A stretch of 64,000 bases of DNA from a plasmid: sequence record NZ_CP027239.1; one strand, given 5' to 3'. The translations under genes were made by a program, and so were the position numbers. A model generated the notes under the pieces. That model saw nothing but the letters and a program-made list of their open reading frames with translations, ran no database searches and was not told where the DNA came from. This document shows, piece by piece, positions 46,842 through 57,049 of the stretch. Every line of letters starts with the position of its first letter. The first letter of the stretch is position 1.

Positions 46842-47810
46842 ATGATCATGGAATCTGTTGACGCACTGATCAACTTGACCTCGAACTTCGCGCTGGCAGT
46901 GGCGGTGATTGCGGGGATCGCGGGCGGCTACAAGCTGGCTGTCGGGGAGCCCGGTACCGGAGTTCGGCTCGTCGCCATGTCGGTCGTACTCGGCGGGTTC
47001 CCGTTGATCTCGAAGGTCATCATGCCGTGGGCCGTCGAGCTGGGGTCTGCTGCTGAACCGTCCGCAGCTCCACCACAAGGTCCCGACTCTCAAGCGCCGA
47101 TCGACTCGCCGCAACCGCCCCCGCCGCCCCCGTCGGCAGATCCCTTCTCGGAGATTCCGCCGATCGCAGTCGGGGAGCCCGTCGAGCTGCCGGCATGGTT
47201 CTGGCCCGCCCTTGGTGGGAGCACGCTCGTGGTCGTGCTTGTGCCCCTCGTTGTGATGCTGGGCATCCGCGTGCTCGCAAAGCGCCGTCAGCAGCGCGAA
47301 CTGCGGAAAGAGATCGAACGGCTCTGGAGCCTGCACGATCGGAGCTTGCGCAAGCTCAAGCGGGCCTACACCGCGGCCGAGACCGATCCGTGGACCGCGT
47401 TCCGCCGACCGCTGCTGACTGATGTGACCGAGCCCCTGACCGCGCAGTTCCACGAGAAGTTCGCCCGAGCCCGAGAGCTGGATACCGAGTATCGACCCAC
47501 CAACAGGGAGCTGGTCGACCGTTTCGGTGACGCCGTTCGTGAAGCCACCGCCGCGTGGACGGCTGTCGACCAGCACGCCCGCGCTGTCGCCGTGCCCACC
47601 ACATCAGACGCTGAGCGACGCCGCCTGCGCCGGGCCGAAGACGCTCTGCGGTTGGCGCTGGACGAACGCGCCAGCCCCGCCGAGCGGGCCGTCGCTCTGG
47701 CCAGAGTCGAGCAACTCATCGCAGGACTGACGGCGATCCCCGACAAGGCGCGCGCGGCCGTCGTCGCCGAGTTGGAAACCACGACGCGGCTGGCGCTCAC
47801 CAGCGGATGA
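46842..47810 (+). CDS. membrane protein (3 TM) with Pro-rich linker and cytoplasmic coiled-coil tail
   Basis: AAGGAAGG RBS. 322-aa ORF. Confidence 0.65.
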   Translation: MIMESVDALINLTSNFALAVAVIAGIAGGYKLAVGEPGTGVRLVAMSVVLGGFPLISKVIMPWAVELGSAAEPSAAPPQGPDSQAPIDSPQPPPPPPSADPFSEIPPIAVGEPVELPAWFWPALGGSTLVVVLVPLVVMLGIRVLAKRRQQRELRKEIERLWSLHDRSLRKLKRAYTAAETDPWTAFRRPLLTDVTEPLTAQFHEKFARARELDTEYRPTNRELVDRFGDAVREATAAWTAVDQHARAVAVPTTSDAERRRLRRAEDALRLALDERASPAERAVALARVEQLIAGLTAIPDKARAAVVAELETTTRLALTSG

Positions 47811-47868
47811 TCGCCGGAGCTTGGCACTAGGCTGACACAGTCGCAGGCAGGAAAAAAAGGGGATCTAC

Positions 47869-48045
47869 ATGCAACGTGCCATCGGATACGCGCTACTCGC
47901 GGTTGCGGTGGCGATGCTCAGCGTGGCCCTTCTGCGGTTACGCCGCGGCAACTACCAGCCTGCAGTGGGCCTCGCCGTGAGGCCGCTGATGTTCGCCGCC
48001 GCCGCGTGCAGCGCAGCCGGATCCGTGGTCTTGTTCACCTCCTAG
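47869..48045 (+). CDS. 58-aa two-TM peptide (below the ORF-track length cutoff)
   Basis: MQRAIGYALLAVAVAMLSVALLRLRRGNYQPAVGLAVRPLMFAAAACSAAGSVVLFTS. AAAGGGGAT RBS. Confidence 0.35.
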   Translation: MQRAIGYALLAVAVAMLSVALLRLRRGNYQPAVGLAVRPLMFAAAACSAAGSVVLFTS

Positions 48046-48111
48046 CCTGCGCACCTCCGGGGGCGCGGGCCAGAAGGTTCGCGTCGGAGTCGCCGGATAC
48101 CGTGCCTGCCC

Positions 48112-48396
48112 GTGGACGAGCTCGCCGAGAAAATTCGTGTCGCCTCTGAGCAGCTGGACCCGGCCCGGTTCCTGGAGCTGCTCAGGTGGCACCGCGTCGT
48201 GGCCGGCCTACCCGAGCTGGACTGGTCGCAGCCTGGTGTCTACAAGAGGGCTGTCGACGAGCTCACCCCCGAGCGAGCCGCAGAACTCCTGCGAGATGTA
48301 CGGCGCACGGCCCGAGATCCGCGCGGTCACCGGCACGGCGCCGACGGCAAACCCCAGTTCCGGCAGGGTCGAACCCTGCGTAACCGATTCAACTGA
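48112..48396 (+). CDS. hypothetical protein (GTG start; uncertain)
   Basis: 94-aa ORF. Confidence 0.4.
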   Translation: MDELAEKIRVASEQLDPARFLELLRWHRVVAGLPELDWSQPGVYKRAVDELTPERAAELLRDVRRTARDPRGHRHGADGKPQFRQGRTLRNRFN

Positions 48397-48474
48397 GCGT
48401 CCCGGTGCACGACACCGTGTCGGACTGTCCGAATAGTCTGAACCAGACCCAGGCGAACAACGGAGGACCCACCG

Positions 48475-48987
48475 ATGGCAACTACCGATGCTGGCGACGA
48501 CCTTCTGCGGCTGATCGGCGTGGGCAGCGGCTGGGACTTCGATCCGCCTCTGCCGGCCCTGTGGGCCCGACGGCTTCGCCGCGTAACCGGGACTCATCCG
48601 TCGGGCGCCCGCCTGGAGCTGGTGTGGACCCTCACCGGGGGCATCGCCGACGCGACCACGTGGGTGAGCGCCCGCGGCGCGGTCGTGGAGTTCGCGCCGA
48701 TCGTGCCGCCGGCCCGCGATGCCCTTTTGATTGCGCTGTTGACCACGCCAGATGACACGCAGCAGCAGGCCGACGAGACTGTCGCCACGCACATCGCCGA
48801 TTTCTGGTCGACCACCCCACGCAAGCTCAACGACCGCGTCCGGGCGTCGATGCTGGAGGGACAGCCCGAGCCCCAGCGCCAGCAGCTCATCGACCACATG
48901 GAGCTCGTTGACCGTCGCCTCCAGGCCTACCATCAGCGCAGCCAACAGCGGGCCCGGCGCCGCGGCTGGCATCCCCCGACACCCTGA
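48475..48987 (+). CDS. hypothetical protein
   Basis: ACGGAGGA RBS. Confidence 0.6.
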   Translation: MATTDAGDDLLRLIGVGSGWDFDPPLPALWARRLRRVTGTHPSGARLELVWTLTGGIADATTWVSARGAVVEFAPIVPPARDALLIALLTTPDDTQQQADETVATHIADFWSTTPRKLNDRVRASMLEGQPEPQRQQLIDHMELVDRRLQAYHQRSQQRARRRGWHPPTP

Positions 48988-49170
48988 ATTGACGCGCGGG
49001 AGCCGTCGACCGGCCACGGCCTGTCCACGCCGTCACCGCGGGGCGCCCCAACGAAACCGGCGCCATCCGACCGGTGCATGGAGCTGCTGCACGCCCAGGC
49101 GGCGGCGGCACAGTGTGGGCATCTCACCTACCCAACCGGGGCGGGTGACCGGCCCGAAAAGGGGAGCCCG

Positions 49171-49437
49171 ATGAGCAACGCCGATCCCGTCATGGCCCAG
49201 CCCAGCCGCGCCACCTTCCACGTGGAAATGACCCGAGTGGTCGAAGTGACCATCGACATGCCGGACGGGCACACCCTGGACGACTGCTCCTCCCATCGGC
49301 TGTGGCGCTGGCCCGACAGCGTCCTGGAGGCGATCGAGGACGCTGTACGCGAGGAGCTCGCCGACGAGAGCGCTACCTCCCTCCTTGGCGGCATCTCCGA
49401 GATCAGCCACTCGGACGGCGACGCCGCCACCGGATGA
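49171..49437 (+). CDS. hypothetical acidic small protein
   Basis: CTGCTGCACG 90 nt upstream. AAAAGGGGAG RBS. Confidence 0.5.
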   Translation: MSNADPVMAQPSRATFHVEMTRVVEVTIDMPDGHTLDDCSSHRLWRWPDSVLEAIEDAVREELADESATSLLGGISEISHSDGDAATG

Positions 49438-49472
49438 CGCCGCCACCCGCCTCTGCGATTCGAGGAGAACCC

Positions 49473-49772
49473 ATGACCCACACCTATCCCACCCCGACCC
49501 ACGCCGAGCTCACCTCCCACGGAATCACAGCCCGCATCGACGCCAACTACGACGCAGCCACCGCAGCAGACCCACTCGGCGCGTTCGCCAGTGTCACGGT
49601 GGCCGGCCACCCGGACGTGGCGGTTCACGTCCACTCCTCAACCACCGTCGACGGCGCAGTGACCGTCCTGGTCGACGCCCCCGAAGGCACGACAATCCGA
49701 TTCGACGTGAACGACGCCAGCGTTGCCGAGTCCGTCGTCGGGGAAGCATCCCGCCTGGTCGACGACGACTAA
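49473..49772 (+). CDS. hypothetical protein
   Basis: GAGGAGAAC RBS. Confidence 0.55.
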   Translation: MTHTYPTPTHAELTSHGITARIDANYDAATAADPLGAFASVTVAGHPDVAVHVHSSTTVDGAVTVLVDAPEGTTIRFDVNDASVAESVVGEASRLVDDD

Positions 49773-49799
49773 CGGTCATCCGCCGCCCCGGGTGCTCGA

Positions 49800-50186
49800 C
49801 TAGTCGGAGGTCGGCGACCTCCATCGCCGGAGAGTGTCCAGCGCTCGACGGTGCCCGGTGTCCCCGCCAGTAGGTTCGTGTTTGCGGAAACGGTCGACCG
49901 CCCCGACGAACCGTTCGAGCTCGGCGATCGCACGTCCGAGATCGCCCTGACTCTCGTACAGCTGCGCCAACGCCATCGCCGGTCCAGGAGCCACCGTGTA
50001 CCCGGCCAGCTGCGCCCCACGTTCAGTGGCGTCGCGCATCTCGCACAGCAGAGCCTCATACTCGCGCCACTTCTGTGCCCGCTCCAACCGCTCCACCTCA
50101 TCCCACCAGGACGTGAAGTGCCGACCCCGGACCGCCTCCGCGGCCTCAGCGGCATCCATCAGGTCGAAGTAGTCGTCGTCCTCCAT
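49800..50186 (-). CDS. hypothetical protein (TPR-like helical), one of few minus-strand genes in the array
   Basis: MEDDDYFDL... start within the 141-aa track ORF. Confidence 0.5.
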   Translation of the reverse strand: MEDDDYFDLMDAAEAAEAVRGRHFTSWWDEVERLERAQKWREYEALLCEMRDATERGAQLAGYTVAPGPAMALAQLYESQGDLGRAIAELERFVGAVDRFRKHEPTGGDTGHRRALDTLRRWRSPTSD

Positions 50187-50401
50187 GCGAACACCGTAGG
50201 ACGGTCGAGCACTCACCACGCCCACTGTCGTAGACCGCCTCGTATCTCCCGGCCTGTCCGCAGCCCCCGCCCTGACTCTGCTTCCCCTCCCGGTTCGCTC
50301 GCATGGCCACCGTGCAGTAGCTGCTGCACCTCGCCGATGCCGGGAGATCGTCGGAAGGAGCCGCCCGATCGGGTGGCCCGACCACGACGAAGGGCACCGC
50401 G

Positions 50402-50821
50402 ATGACCACCACCCCCGACACCGACTTCCCAGCTGGCCTGCTGATCCAGGTCGTTCGCCCGGCCCCCTCGACGTACGGGGACCTGACCCTTGGGGGAGTG
50501 TCGGCCGAGGCGAAACAGCTCACCCTGATCGGCATCATCGACGCCGACGGCGACTACGAGCAGCTGCCCAAGCAGTCCCGCGTCTTCCCTGCCCGCCCCG
50601 ACGCGCCCGCCGTGGTGCTGGATCGCACCGCCGGTGGGTTCCCGATCCTGGTGCCCGCCAGCCACCACCCGGAGACGGGATGGGGCCGGGTTCGTACCCA
50701 CACCATGGCCGGCGGCAACTTCGGCGCCTCCTCCGACTCCCGGGTCGGCGACGCCCTGCTGGCGGTGAGCGGGTCACGCTTCTACGGGGCCGTGGCGATC
50801 CACGACCGCATCGAACGCTGA
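50402..50821 (+). CDS. hypothetical protein
   Basis: CTGCTGCACC 78 nt upstream. Confidence 0.6.
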   Translation: MTTTPDTDFPAGLLIQVVRPAPSTYGDLTLGGVSAEAKQLTLIGIIDADGDYEQLPKQSRVFPARPDAPAVVLDRTAGGFPILVPASHHPETGWGRVRTHTMAGGNFGASSDSRVGDALLAVSGSRFYGAVAIHDRIER

Positions 50822-50999
50822 ACGCGGAGCTACTCTCGGCGCTGCGCGCCGATCGGAATCCCGCCACAACCCCGCCACTCCACGGGACCTACCCGCGGCA
50901 CCTACTCGCTGCACGGGCAGGCATACGGCCTTCACCGACCCCGCCGCGCCGGGTGGGCTGCCGACCCGGCGCGGTGGGTGAGTCATCGTCCCGGTCACC

Positions 51000-51170
51000 T
51001 CACCACGGGCCCACCTCGAGAAGTTTGACGACGCCCTGGCCGATGACCGCTGCGGCTGTCACCTCCGTGAGCCACGAGCCGAGCCGCCGAACCCACCAGC
51101 CGAGCCGCCGAATCCACCGGCCCGCCCCGCCGTCGTCGCCGCCGTAGCCGTTGCTTCCCTTGTTCCTCAT
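51000..51170 (-). CDS. possible small protein with RRLGWWVRRLGSW internal repeat (uncertain)
   Basis: MRNKGSNGYGGDDGGAGRWIRRLGWWVRRLGSWLTEV... Fills an otherwise 660-nt gap. Confidence 0.3.
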   Translation of the reverse strand: MRNKGSNGYGGDDGGAGRWIRRLGWWVRRLGSWLTEVTAAAVIGQGVVKLLEVGPW

Positions 51171-51479
51171 CTCGACGTACCCCTTGGGGTTTGGGCCCTC
51201 GCCGGCTGCGTGGGCCTGTACCTCTTCACTGGGAAGCCGCAAGGTTCACAGCATCACCCCGCGATCCGACCGGGCCCTGAGCTCGCTGACAGTCACTACA
51301 TCTGGACCAGCTGACCCGGACCTGCCGCGCAAGGGGAGGGGCCGGCCACCCGCCGGGCTGTCCGAACCGGGGGCCAGGTCAGCGCATCGAACCTCCGCAG
51401 CCGATACCGCGGTACTGCTGCACCCCGAGGGAGCGGGCAGAAGGTGGAGGCGACAAACGACATCGCCCAGGAGGACGCC

Positions 51480-51821
51480 ATGACCACCATCGCTGACCGC
51501 GCCGCCGAGATCCTCGCAGGCTGGGACGCCGACGACGCCGCCGCCAAGGAGCGCCTCGAAGCCCACACCGCATGGGTCACCCACATGGTCGAGGTGGAGC
51601 GCATCCGTCCCGAAACCCTGCCCTGCATCCACGGCACCGCCTTCTGGCCAGACCGCGGTCAAGTCTGCACCTCCTGCGAGTCCGAGGCCGAGGCCATCGC
51701 CTACGACTACCGCACCCCCGAGGAGGTCGCCGCCGACCGCCAGCGGGCCGCCCTGGCTCAAGCGGAGCGGGAAGCAGCGCACGCCGCCGAACCCGGCTCG
51801 TGGACCGATCACCCGTTCTGA
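51480..51821 (+). CDS. hypothetical protein with Cys cluster
   Basis: CAGGAGGAC RBS. CTGCTGCACC 63 nt upstream. Confidence 0.6.
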   Translation: MTTIADRAAEILAGWDADDAAAKERLEAHTAWVTHMVEVERIRPETLPCIHGTAFWPDRGQVCTSCESEAEAIAYDYRTPEEVAADRQRAALAQAEREAAHAAEPGSWTDHPF

Positions 51822-51851
51822 CCAGCCACACGCCCACACGAGGAGGACTCG

Positions 51852-53126
51852 ATGACCACGATGACACTGACCGACGATGACCGCGCCGACACCGCCGCCG
51901 AGTCCGGCCGCGAGTTCGACATCCCCGCCTGCGCTGTGTCGGAGGCGATCGGCCGAATCGACCGCGCGAACCGCCGCCTCGAGCGGGCCGGCATCGAGTC
52001 CCGGTTCGTCTACGAGCTCACCCCCTACGAGCACACCGCCACCCGCGACGGCATCACCCGCACCGAACGCCGCGTGGTGCTGACCATCAACTCGCCTGCC
52101 CTGTCGTTCGGCGGGTGGCGGTTCCAGGCGGCCCTGGACATCATCGACGGGCAAGCCATCGTCTCCGCCCCGCCCGGCGTCGACCTGTCGGACTGGGAGC
52201 GGCCAGACGCCCACCAGTGCGACCACTGCGGCCTCAACCGGACCCGCACCCACTCCTACGTGGTGCGCCACGAGGACACCGGCGAGCTGCGCCAGATCGG
52301 GCGTTCCTGCCTGCCCCTGTTCCTGGGAGTGCGCCCGGCCGGACTGTGGGCCTTGCAGTGGGACTACGACGACCTGGAGATGTTCACCGACCGCGACGCC
52401 CACGGCAACGCCCCAGTCGTGGTCACGTCCTACGACCCCCGCGAGCTGCTGGCCCTGACGACAGTGCTCAGTGAGCGTGGGCGCCGCTACGTCTCCCGCG
52501 CTGCGGCCGGTGATGGCCGCACCGCCACCGCCGACATCCTGTGGTCGATTCTGGATCCGTCGCCGTACGAGACCAGCCAGGTGCGGGCGTGGCGCGAGGA
52601 GATCACCGCCGCCGCGGCACTGGTGCCCGCCGGCGACATCGACGACATGATCGCCACCGCCACCACGATGGGCGACTCTGACTACGCCCAGAACCTGCGA
52701 GTATTGGCTGGCCAGGACCACATCCCGGCCCGCCACGTCGCACTGTGGGCATCCCTGGTCGGCGTCTACTTCCGCCGAGAACGAGACAAGGACCGCCGGG
52801 CCGCGCTGCCGGAGCTGACCGGCGGCTACCTGGCAGACAAGGGCGCAAAGATCGCCGACATCACCGGCATCGTCACCACGTTGACCAGCTGGGAATCGGA
52901 CTACGGCTACCCGCCCAAGACGGTCACCCTGCTCGTGGTGCACACCGACTGCGGTCACCTGCTCAAGTGGCAGGGGACGGTGCCCGACGAGGTCGACGGC
53001 CAGCGCCTGGAGTGCGGGCAGCGCGTGACCATCGCCCGGGCCACGGTCAAGGCCCACGAGCAGTGGAAGGGCACCCCGCAGACCCGCATCGTCCGAGCAA
53101 AGCTGACGCGTCCCGCCACCGAGTAG
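51852..53126 (+). CDS. hypothetical protein (424 aa) with CDHCG zinc-ribbon-like motif
   Basis: GAGGAGGAC RBS. Confidence 0.7.
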   Translation: MTTMTLTDDDRADTAAESGREFDIPACAVSEAIGRIDRANRRLERAGIESRFVYELTPYEHTATRDGITRTERRVVLTINSPALSFGGWRFQAALDIIDGQAIVSAPPGVDLSDWERPDAHQCDHCGLNRTRTHSYVVRHEDTGELRQIGRSCLPLFLGVRPAGLWALQWDYDDLEMFTDRDAHGNAPVVVTSYDPRELLALTTVLSERGRRYVSRAAAGDGRTATADILWSILDPSPYETSQVRAWREEITAAAALVPAGDIDDMIATATTMGDSDYAQNLRVLAGQDHIPARHVALWASLVGVYFRRERDKDRRAALPELTGGYLADKGAKIADITGIVTTLTSWESDYGYPPKTVTLLVVHTDCGHLLKWQGTVPDEVDGQRLECGQRVTIARATVKAHEQWKGTPQTRIVRAKLTRPATE

Positions 53127-53176
53127 GGGCGCCGCCGGTGGCCCTCACGAGCCGGTCAGGCGACGCCTCAGATGGC

Positions 53177-53260
53177 CTGCTCGTGGAGGCCGTGCCTACC
53201 TTCTCGTGGAGGCCGTGCCCGCCTTCTCGTGGAGGGGGTGGCCCCCTTCTCTTGGAGAAG
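53177..53260 (+). repeat. tandem repeat, ~3.6 copies of a 23-bp unit CTTCTCGTGGAGGCCGTGCCYRC
   Basis: ctgctcgtggaggccgtgcctac / cttctcgtggaggccgtgcccgc / cttctcgtggagggggtggcccc / cttctcttggagaag. Confidence 0.8.
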
Positions 53261-53418
53261 TAGAGAGCCCTTTGGATCTCCGCTGAGGCGGGGCGCCCGC
53301 CGCGGGGCGCCGGCGCTGTCCGGGCCAGCCGGCAGAGCGTTGGCCGCCCGCCGCCACCCGCTGCCGCCCGGGGCGAGCCGCCGCCGGCGAGCGTGCGGCG
53401 CCGTGGCCCGCGCGAGTG

Positions 53419-53428
53419 CTGCTGCACC
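53419..53428 (+). promoter_or_regulatory. CTGCTGCACC conserved upstream motif (representative copy)
   Basis: 60 nt upstream of ATG 53488. Confidence 0.5.
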
Positions 53429-53487
53429 CGTCGACTCCGACGAGAGGCTGGCCACGTCACGCAGCCCACCCCGAAGGAGCCCCCTAA

Positions 53488-53903
53488 TGCGCAGCCACAG
53501 GCTCAGCCTCAACTACTTCACCGCGCCAGCGCCCGCTGGCGTCAGCGGTGACTTCTGGATCGACTACCTCGAGGACGTCCTGATCGACCTCAGCCGCGAC
53601 GACGTCGGAGACGCCATCGCCAACCACTCGGCGTACCCGCTGGAGGACTACGTCCCCGACGGCGGTAAGTCCGCGGTCCTGACATGGCTCAACGAGCAGG
53701 TGGCGGCGCTGCGCCACGGCAGCCGCCACGTCGAGATCCTCTACCCGCCCGGACTGACCATTGACGGCGAGCCCGCCGCGCTGGTGACGGCCAGCGACGA
53801 CGGCATCGACTGCGCCTCACAGCAGGCGACCGCGTTCGCGATGCTCGCGTGGCTGGTCAACGACCGCCAGGCCCAGGACCACCGCCGCGACTTCGCCGCC
53901 TAG
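53488..53903 (+). CDS. hypothetical protein
   Basis: AAGGAGCC RBS. Confidence 0.6.
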
Positions 53904-54146
53904 CCCCTCCCAACGGCCCCGGCCCCAGCACGCGGGGCCGGGGCCCTCTCGCTGCCGCCCACCCGGCCGCTCTGTCCAAACGCCCGCAGGTCGCTCGTGG
54001 ACCTGCCGCAGCGGCATGACCGGCCCATACCTTTACTCCAGCTCATTGACAGGTGGGTTCTCTTCTCCGCCTCGCAGATCTGCTGCACCGGCGCGAGGCA
54101 CCGAGACGATATGGGCACACATCCAGCCAGCACAGAGGAGCAGGCC

Positions 54147-54284
54147 ATGAAGGCAACAGACACGGTCAGGCAGGGAGCAACCGCCCTGGCCCGCCACCTG
54201 GCGGCCGGAACGGGAGCGGGCCTGCGGCTGCTCGTGCTGGTGACCATCGACCACGCTCTCGACACCCCGCTGCCCCGCTACTGA
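54147..54284 (+). CDS. 45-aa small ORF (uncertain)
   Basis: GAGGAGCAGGCC-ATG. CTGCTGCACC 64 nt upstream, the same spacing as for confirmed genes. Confidence 0.35.
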   Translation: MKATDTVRQGATALARHLAAGTGAGLRLLVLVTIDHALDTPLPRY

Positions 54285-54343
54285 CGACCGCCCGGCCGCG
54301 CGGCTCAACAAGACGTGGCCACAGTCCCGCGAAAGGACATCCC

Positions 54344-55072
54344 ATGAGCACTGAAACCACCCACTTTGACCGCGCCAAGATGACGGACCGTGTCGGCAAG
54401 CTGTTCGCCAAGGCTGCCTCCACCTCCAGCGAAGAGGAGGCGTCGGCGCTGCTGGAGAGGGCGTTCGCGCTGAGCGCCAAGTACGGCATCGACGAGGCGC
54501 TGGCCCGCTCGGGTGGCGACATCGACGCGGCGGAGATCGTCACCGTCACTATCGACGTCACCGGCCGTTACCAGCCCGACCAGATCGGCCTGGTCGCCTC
54601 GATAGCGAACGCGTTGCACTGCAAGGTGGTCACGGTCCAGGCTGGCCAGAACCGTAAGTGCATGGTGGTCGGTGCTCGCCGTCACACCGATCGCGTGACG
54701 ATGCTTGCGGGCTACCTCATTGGCATCATGCTCACGCGCGCCGCCAAGACGCGTCCCTCGCATCCGGGAGTGCCGACCGTGGCCCATCGCAAGAGCTTCA
54801 TGACGGGGTTCGCCTTCGCGGTCGGGTCCAGGTTGGCTGCGGCGGAGGACAACGCCGTGCACGACAGCGTCGACACCAAGGGTGCGGCACTGGTGCTGGC
54901 CAGCGATGCCGACCGTGCGGCGGCCGAACTTGACCGTCAGTTCCCCACCGCGGTGCCCGGTCGGCGCCGAAAGGTCGGCGTCTCGGGAATCGACGAAGGG
55001 CGCAGCGCCGCCAACGACCTCGACCTCGGCCAGGCCCGGTTCGCCGGCCACCGGCACGCCCTGACCGCCTGA
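54344..55072 (+). CDS. DUF2786-like protein
   Basis: N-terminal RVGKLFAKAASTSSEEEASALLERAFALSAKYGIDEAL resembles the DUF2786 consensus seen in phage and plasmid proteins. Confidence 0.6.
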   Translation: MSTETTHFDRAKMTDRVGKLFAKAASTSSEEEASALLERAFALSAKYGIDEALARSGGDIDAAEIVTVTIDVTGRYQPDQIGLVASIANALHCKVVTVQAGQNRKCMVVGARRHTDRVTMLAGYLIGIMLTRAAKTRPSHPGVPTVAHRKSFMTGFAFAVGSRLAAAEDNAVHDSVDTKGAALVLASDADRAAAELDRQFPTAVPGRRRKVGVSGIDEGRSAANDLDLGQARFAGHRHALTA

Positions 55073-55296
55073 CCGCCTGACCCCAGCGGCGGTCAACGGA
55101 CCAGCCCCCGGCGGATCCCCGCCGGGGGCTGCACTTTCGCCCGAGCTCGCTGGCCCCCCTGTCCGCTTCGCCCGCCGAACGCACACCGCCAGCAGGCCCT
55201 GACATGGCGTGTGATCTGCGCGTTTATGGCTGCTGCAGTTTCCGGACGGCGCGAAACGATGAGTCGGTCAGCGCATCCGGATGGAAGGGGAACAGC

Positions 55297-55557
55297 ATGG
55301 CAATTCCGAAGAGGCTCAAGACGGTATTCGCCCTAGCGCAGGACCACGGGTGGACCGTCACAGAGACCAAGGACGGGCACCCCGCCCTAGTTCCCCCGAA
55401 GGGGACGGTCGATCACCAAGGCAGGCCGGTGGCGCTCGTAGCGTTCGCGAAGACCCCCTCGGACCACCGCGCCGACAAGAACGCCATCGCGGCGCTGCGT
55501 CGGCTAGGGCTCGGCGTCCCGGCAAAGGGGCATACTAAGAAGAAGGCACAACGATGA
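55297..55557 (+). CDS. hypothetical basic small protein
   Basis: GGAAGGGGAAC RBS. CTGCTGCAG 64 nt upstream. Confidence 0.55.
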   Translation: MAIPKRLKTVFALAQDHGWTVTETKDGHPALVPPKGTVDHQGRPVALVAFAKTPSDHRADKNAIAALRRLGLGVPAKGHTKKKAQR

Positions 55558-55922
55558 TCTGGGAAGAGGTGACCGCAATGACGAACCGCCACTGGCAGGT
55601 GTTCGCCGATCTGGCGGCCCGCGACCACGCCGCGCACGCGCGGGTGCTCGAGGCGGTCCCGGGCGCGGCGCTGACGCACTTCGCGGACGGCAGTGCAGAA
55701 GCCACGATGATCATCGACGCACCCACCCAGCACGAAGCCACCCTGTTCGTGCGGCTGGCGCTGCTGGAGCTCGACTTGGAAGCCACCGGCCTGTCGGTAG
55801 AAGAGACCGGCCCAGACGACGTTGGTGAGCCGTTCGAGCCACTGGACTTGGCGGACCCGGCGATGGCCCGGGCGCAGGAGTGGGCGCACTCCCTGGCCCG
55901 ACCCATCCCGGCCCTGACCTGA
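55554..55922 (+). CDS. hypothetical protein
   Basis: Start overlaps the previous stop (ATGA). Confidence 0.55.
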   Translation: MIWEEVTAMTNRHWQVFADLAARDHAAHARVLEAVPGAALTHFADGSAEATMIIDAPTQHEATLFVRLALLELDLEATGLSVEETGPDDVGEPFEPLDLADPAMARAQEWAHSLARPIPALT

Positions 55923-56126
55923 CACACCACTGACGTAGCCGCTGCTGCCCGCCTCGCTCATTCCGGGGCGGGCAGCGGCGATTTCGCACTCCCCTCGGGC
56001 GGCTGGCTGTCCGGCCACGCCCCCCGGCCGCGGCACCGCCGGCGTCTCGGCAGAGCTGTGCCGGCATGCCCGTCGGGTTAACTGTGCGGACCCCGCCGAC
56101 TGGCAGAGGCGCGACCGTGAAAAGAG

Positions 56127-56396
56127 GTGCTCGTGGACCCGTTGTTCGACCTGGACCTGGCCGTCGCCGGCCTACCGGACGATGGCGGACTGTTTCCCGC
56201 CGGAGCCGCAGCCCCGCACCTCGAGGAACCGGCCCTGGGGCGCCACGGACAACTGGTGTGGTTCTGGCATCCGGGCCACGGCGAGACCGTCGTAGGCACC
56301 TGGTTCGGCCCCGGTCCCCGCGCAGACGCCATCGCCGTCACCTACGGCGGCGACCTGCTGCTGATCGACACCACAACGTGGACGATCACCGTGTGA
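56127..56396 (+). CDS. hypothetical protein (GTG start; uncertain)
   Basis: 89-aa ORF. Confidence 0.4.
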   Translation: MLVDPLFDLDLAVAGLPDDGGLFPAGAAAPHLEEPALGRHGQLVWFWHPGHGETVVGTWFGPGPRADAIAVTYGGDLLLIDTTTWTITV

Positions 56397-56533
56397 CCCC
56401 AGCTGCCGTCGGACAGGCCCGGGAGCATGCTGCCGGCCGGGCCCGCGAGCTCGCTCAGGGGTACGGGTCACCACACTCCGCGCGACGGCCGAGAAGGTGG
56501 GATCCACACCCACCCCTGCTCGAAAGGCCCACC

Positions 56534-56962
56534 ATGACGATCGCCTCCCTGAACACCGTGACGGGGCTGCTCATCGCAGTCGACGGCACCACGAGCCGCC
56601 AACCCCTCCACCGCGTCGAAGGCACCGTCCTGGCCGGCCTGCAGGGCCTCGTGGGTGCCGAGGACGTCGAGTCGGTGCCACTGAGGGACTGCCCCAACAA
56701 GCCGGGTAGGACAGTCGACGCGTGGGCAGCGGCCGGAAGCGACCTGCAGCCCAACTGGGTAGCCACCGCGCTGGCAGCCCTGGTCAGTGACGATCACCGC
56801 CGCGTCCTGCACGGGCCGGTTGTACTGCTGACGACAGACCAGCGCACCGGGCGTTGTCACAGCCTGCCCTCCGAGCTGGTGGGTGGGATCGGAACCGCCG
56901 CGTCCCGCCTGGCGCAGGCCTCGACGATCGCAGGGAAGGTCGAGCATGCTCTGCGCGCCTGA
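56534..56962 (+). CDS. DUF3846-like protein (paralog 2 of 3)
   Basis: LLIAVDGTTSRQP...LHGPVVLLTTDQRTGRCHSLPSELV matches the genes at 62276 (-) and 35585. Confidence 0.6.
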   Translation: MTIASLNTVTGLLIAVDGTTSRQPLHRVEGTVLAGLQGLVGAEDVESVPLRDCPNKPGRTVDAWAAAGSDLQPNWVATALAALVSDDHRRVLHGPVVLLTTDQRTGRCHSLPSELVGGIGTAASRLAQASTIAGKVEHALRA

Positions 56963-57049
56963 CCCGCCCAGCTAGAAGCGGCTCCACGGCATGCCCACCC
57001 CTTAGGGTTTTGCTCATCGGAACAAAACTCTCAGGGGAGGCGACTGCGG

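Noticed and set aside
46842-47810. Possible VirB2/TrbC-like conjugative pilin
   Set aside because: The three-TM topology with a long charged cytoplasmic tail does not fit pilin architecture. Left as a generic membrane protein.
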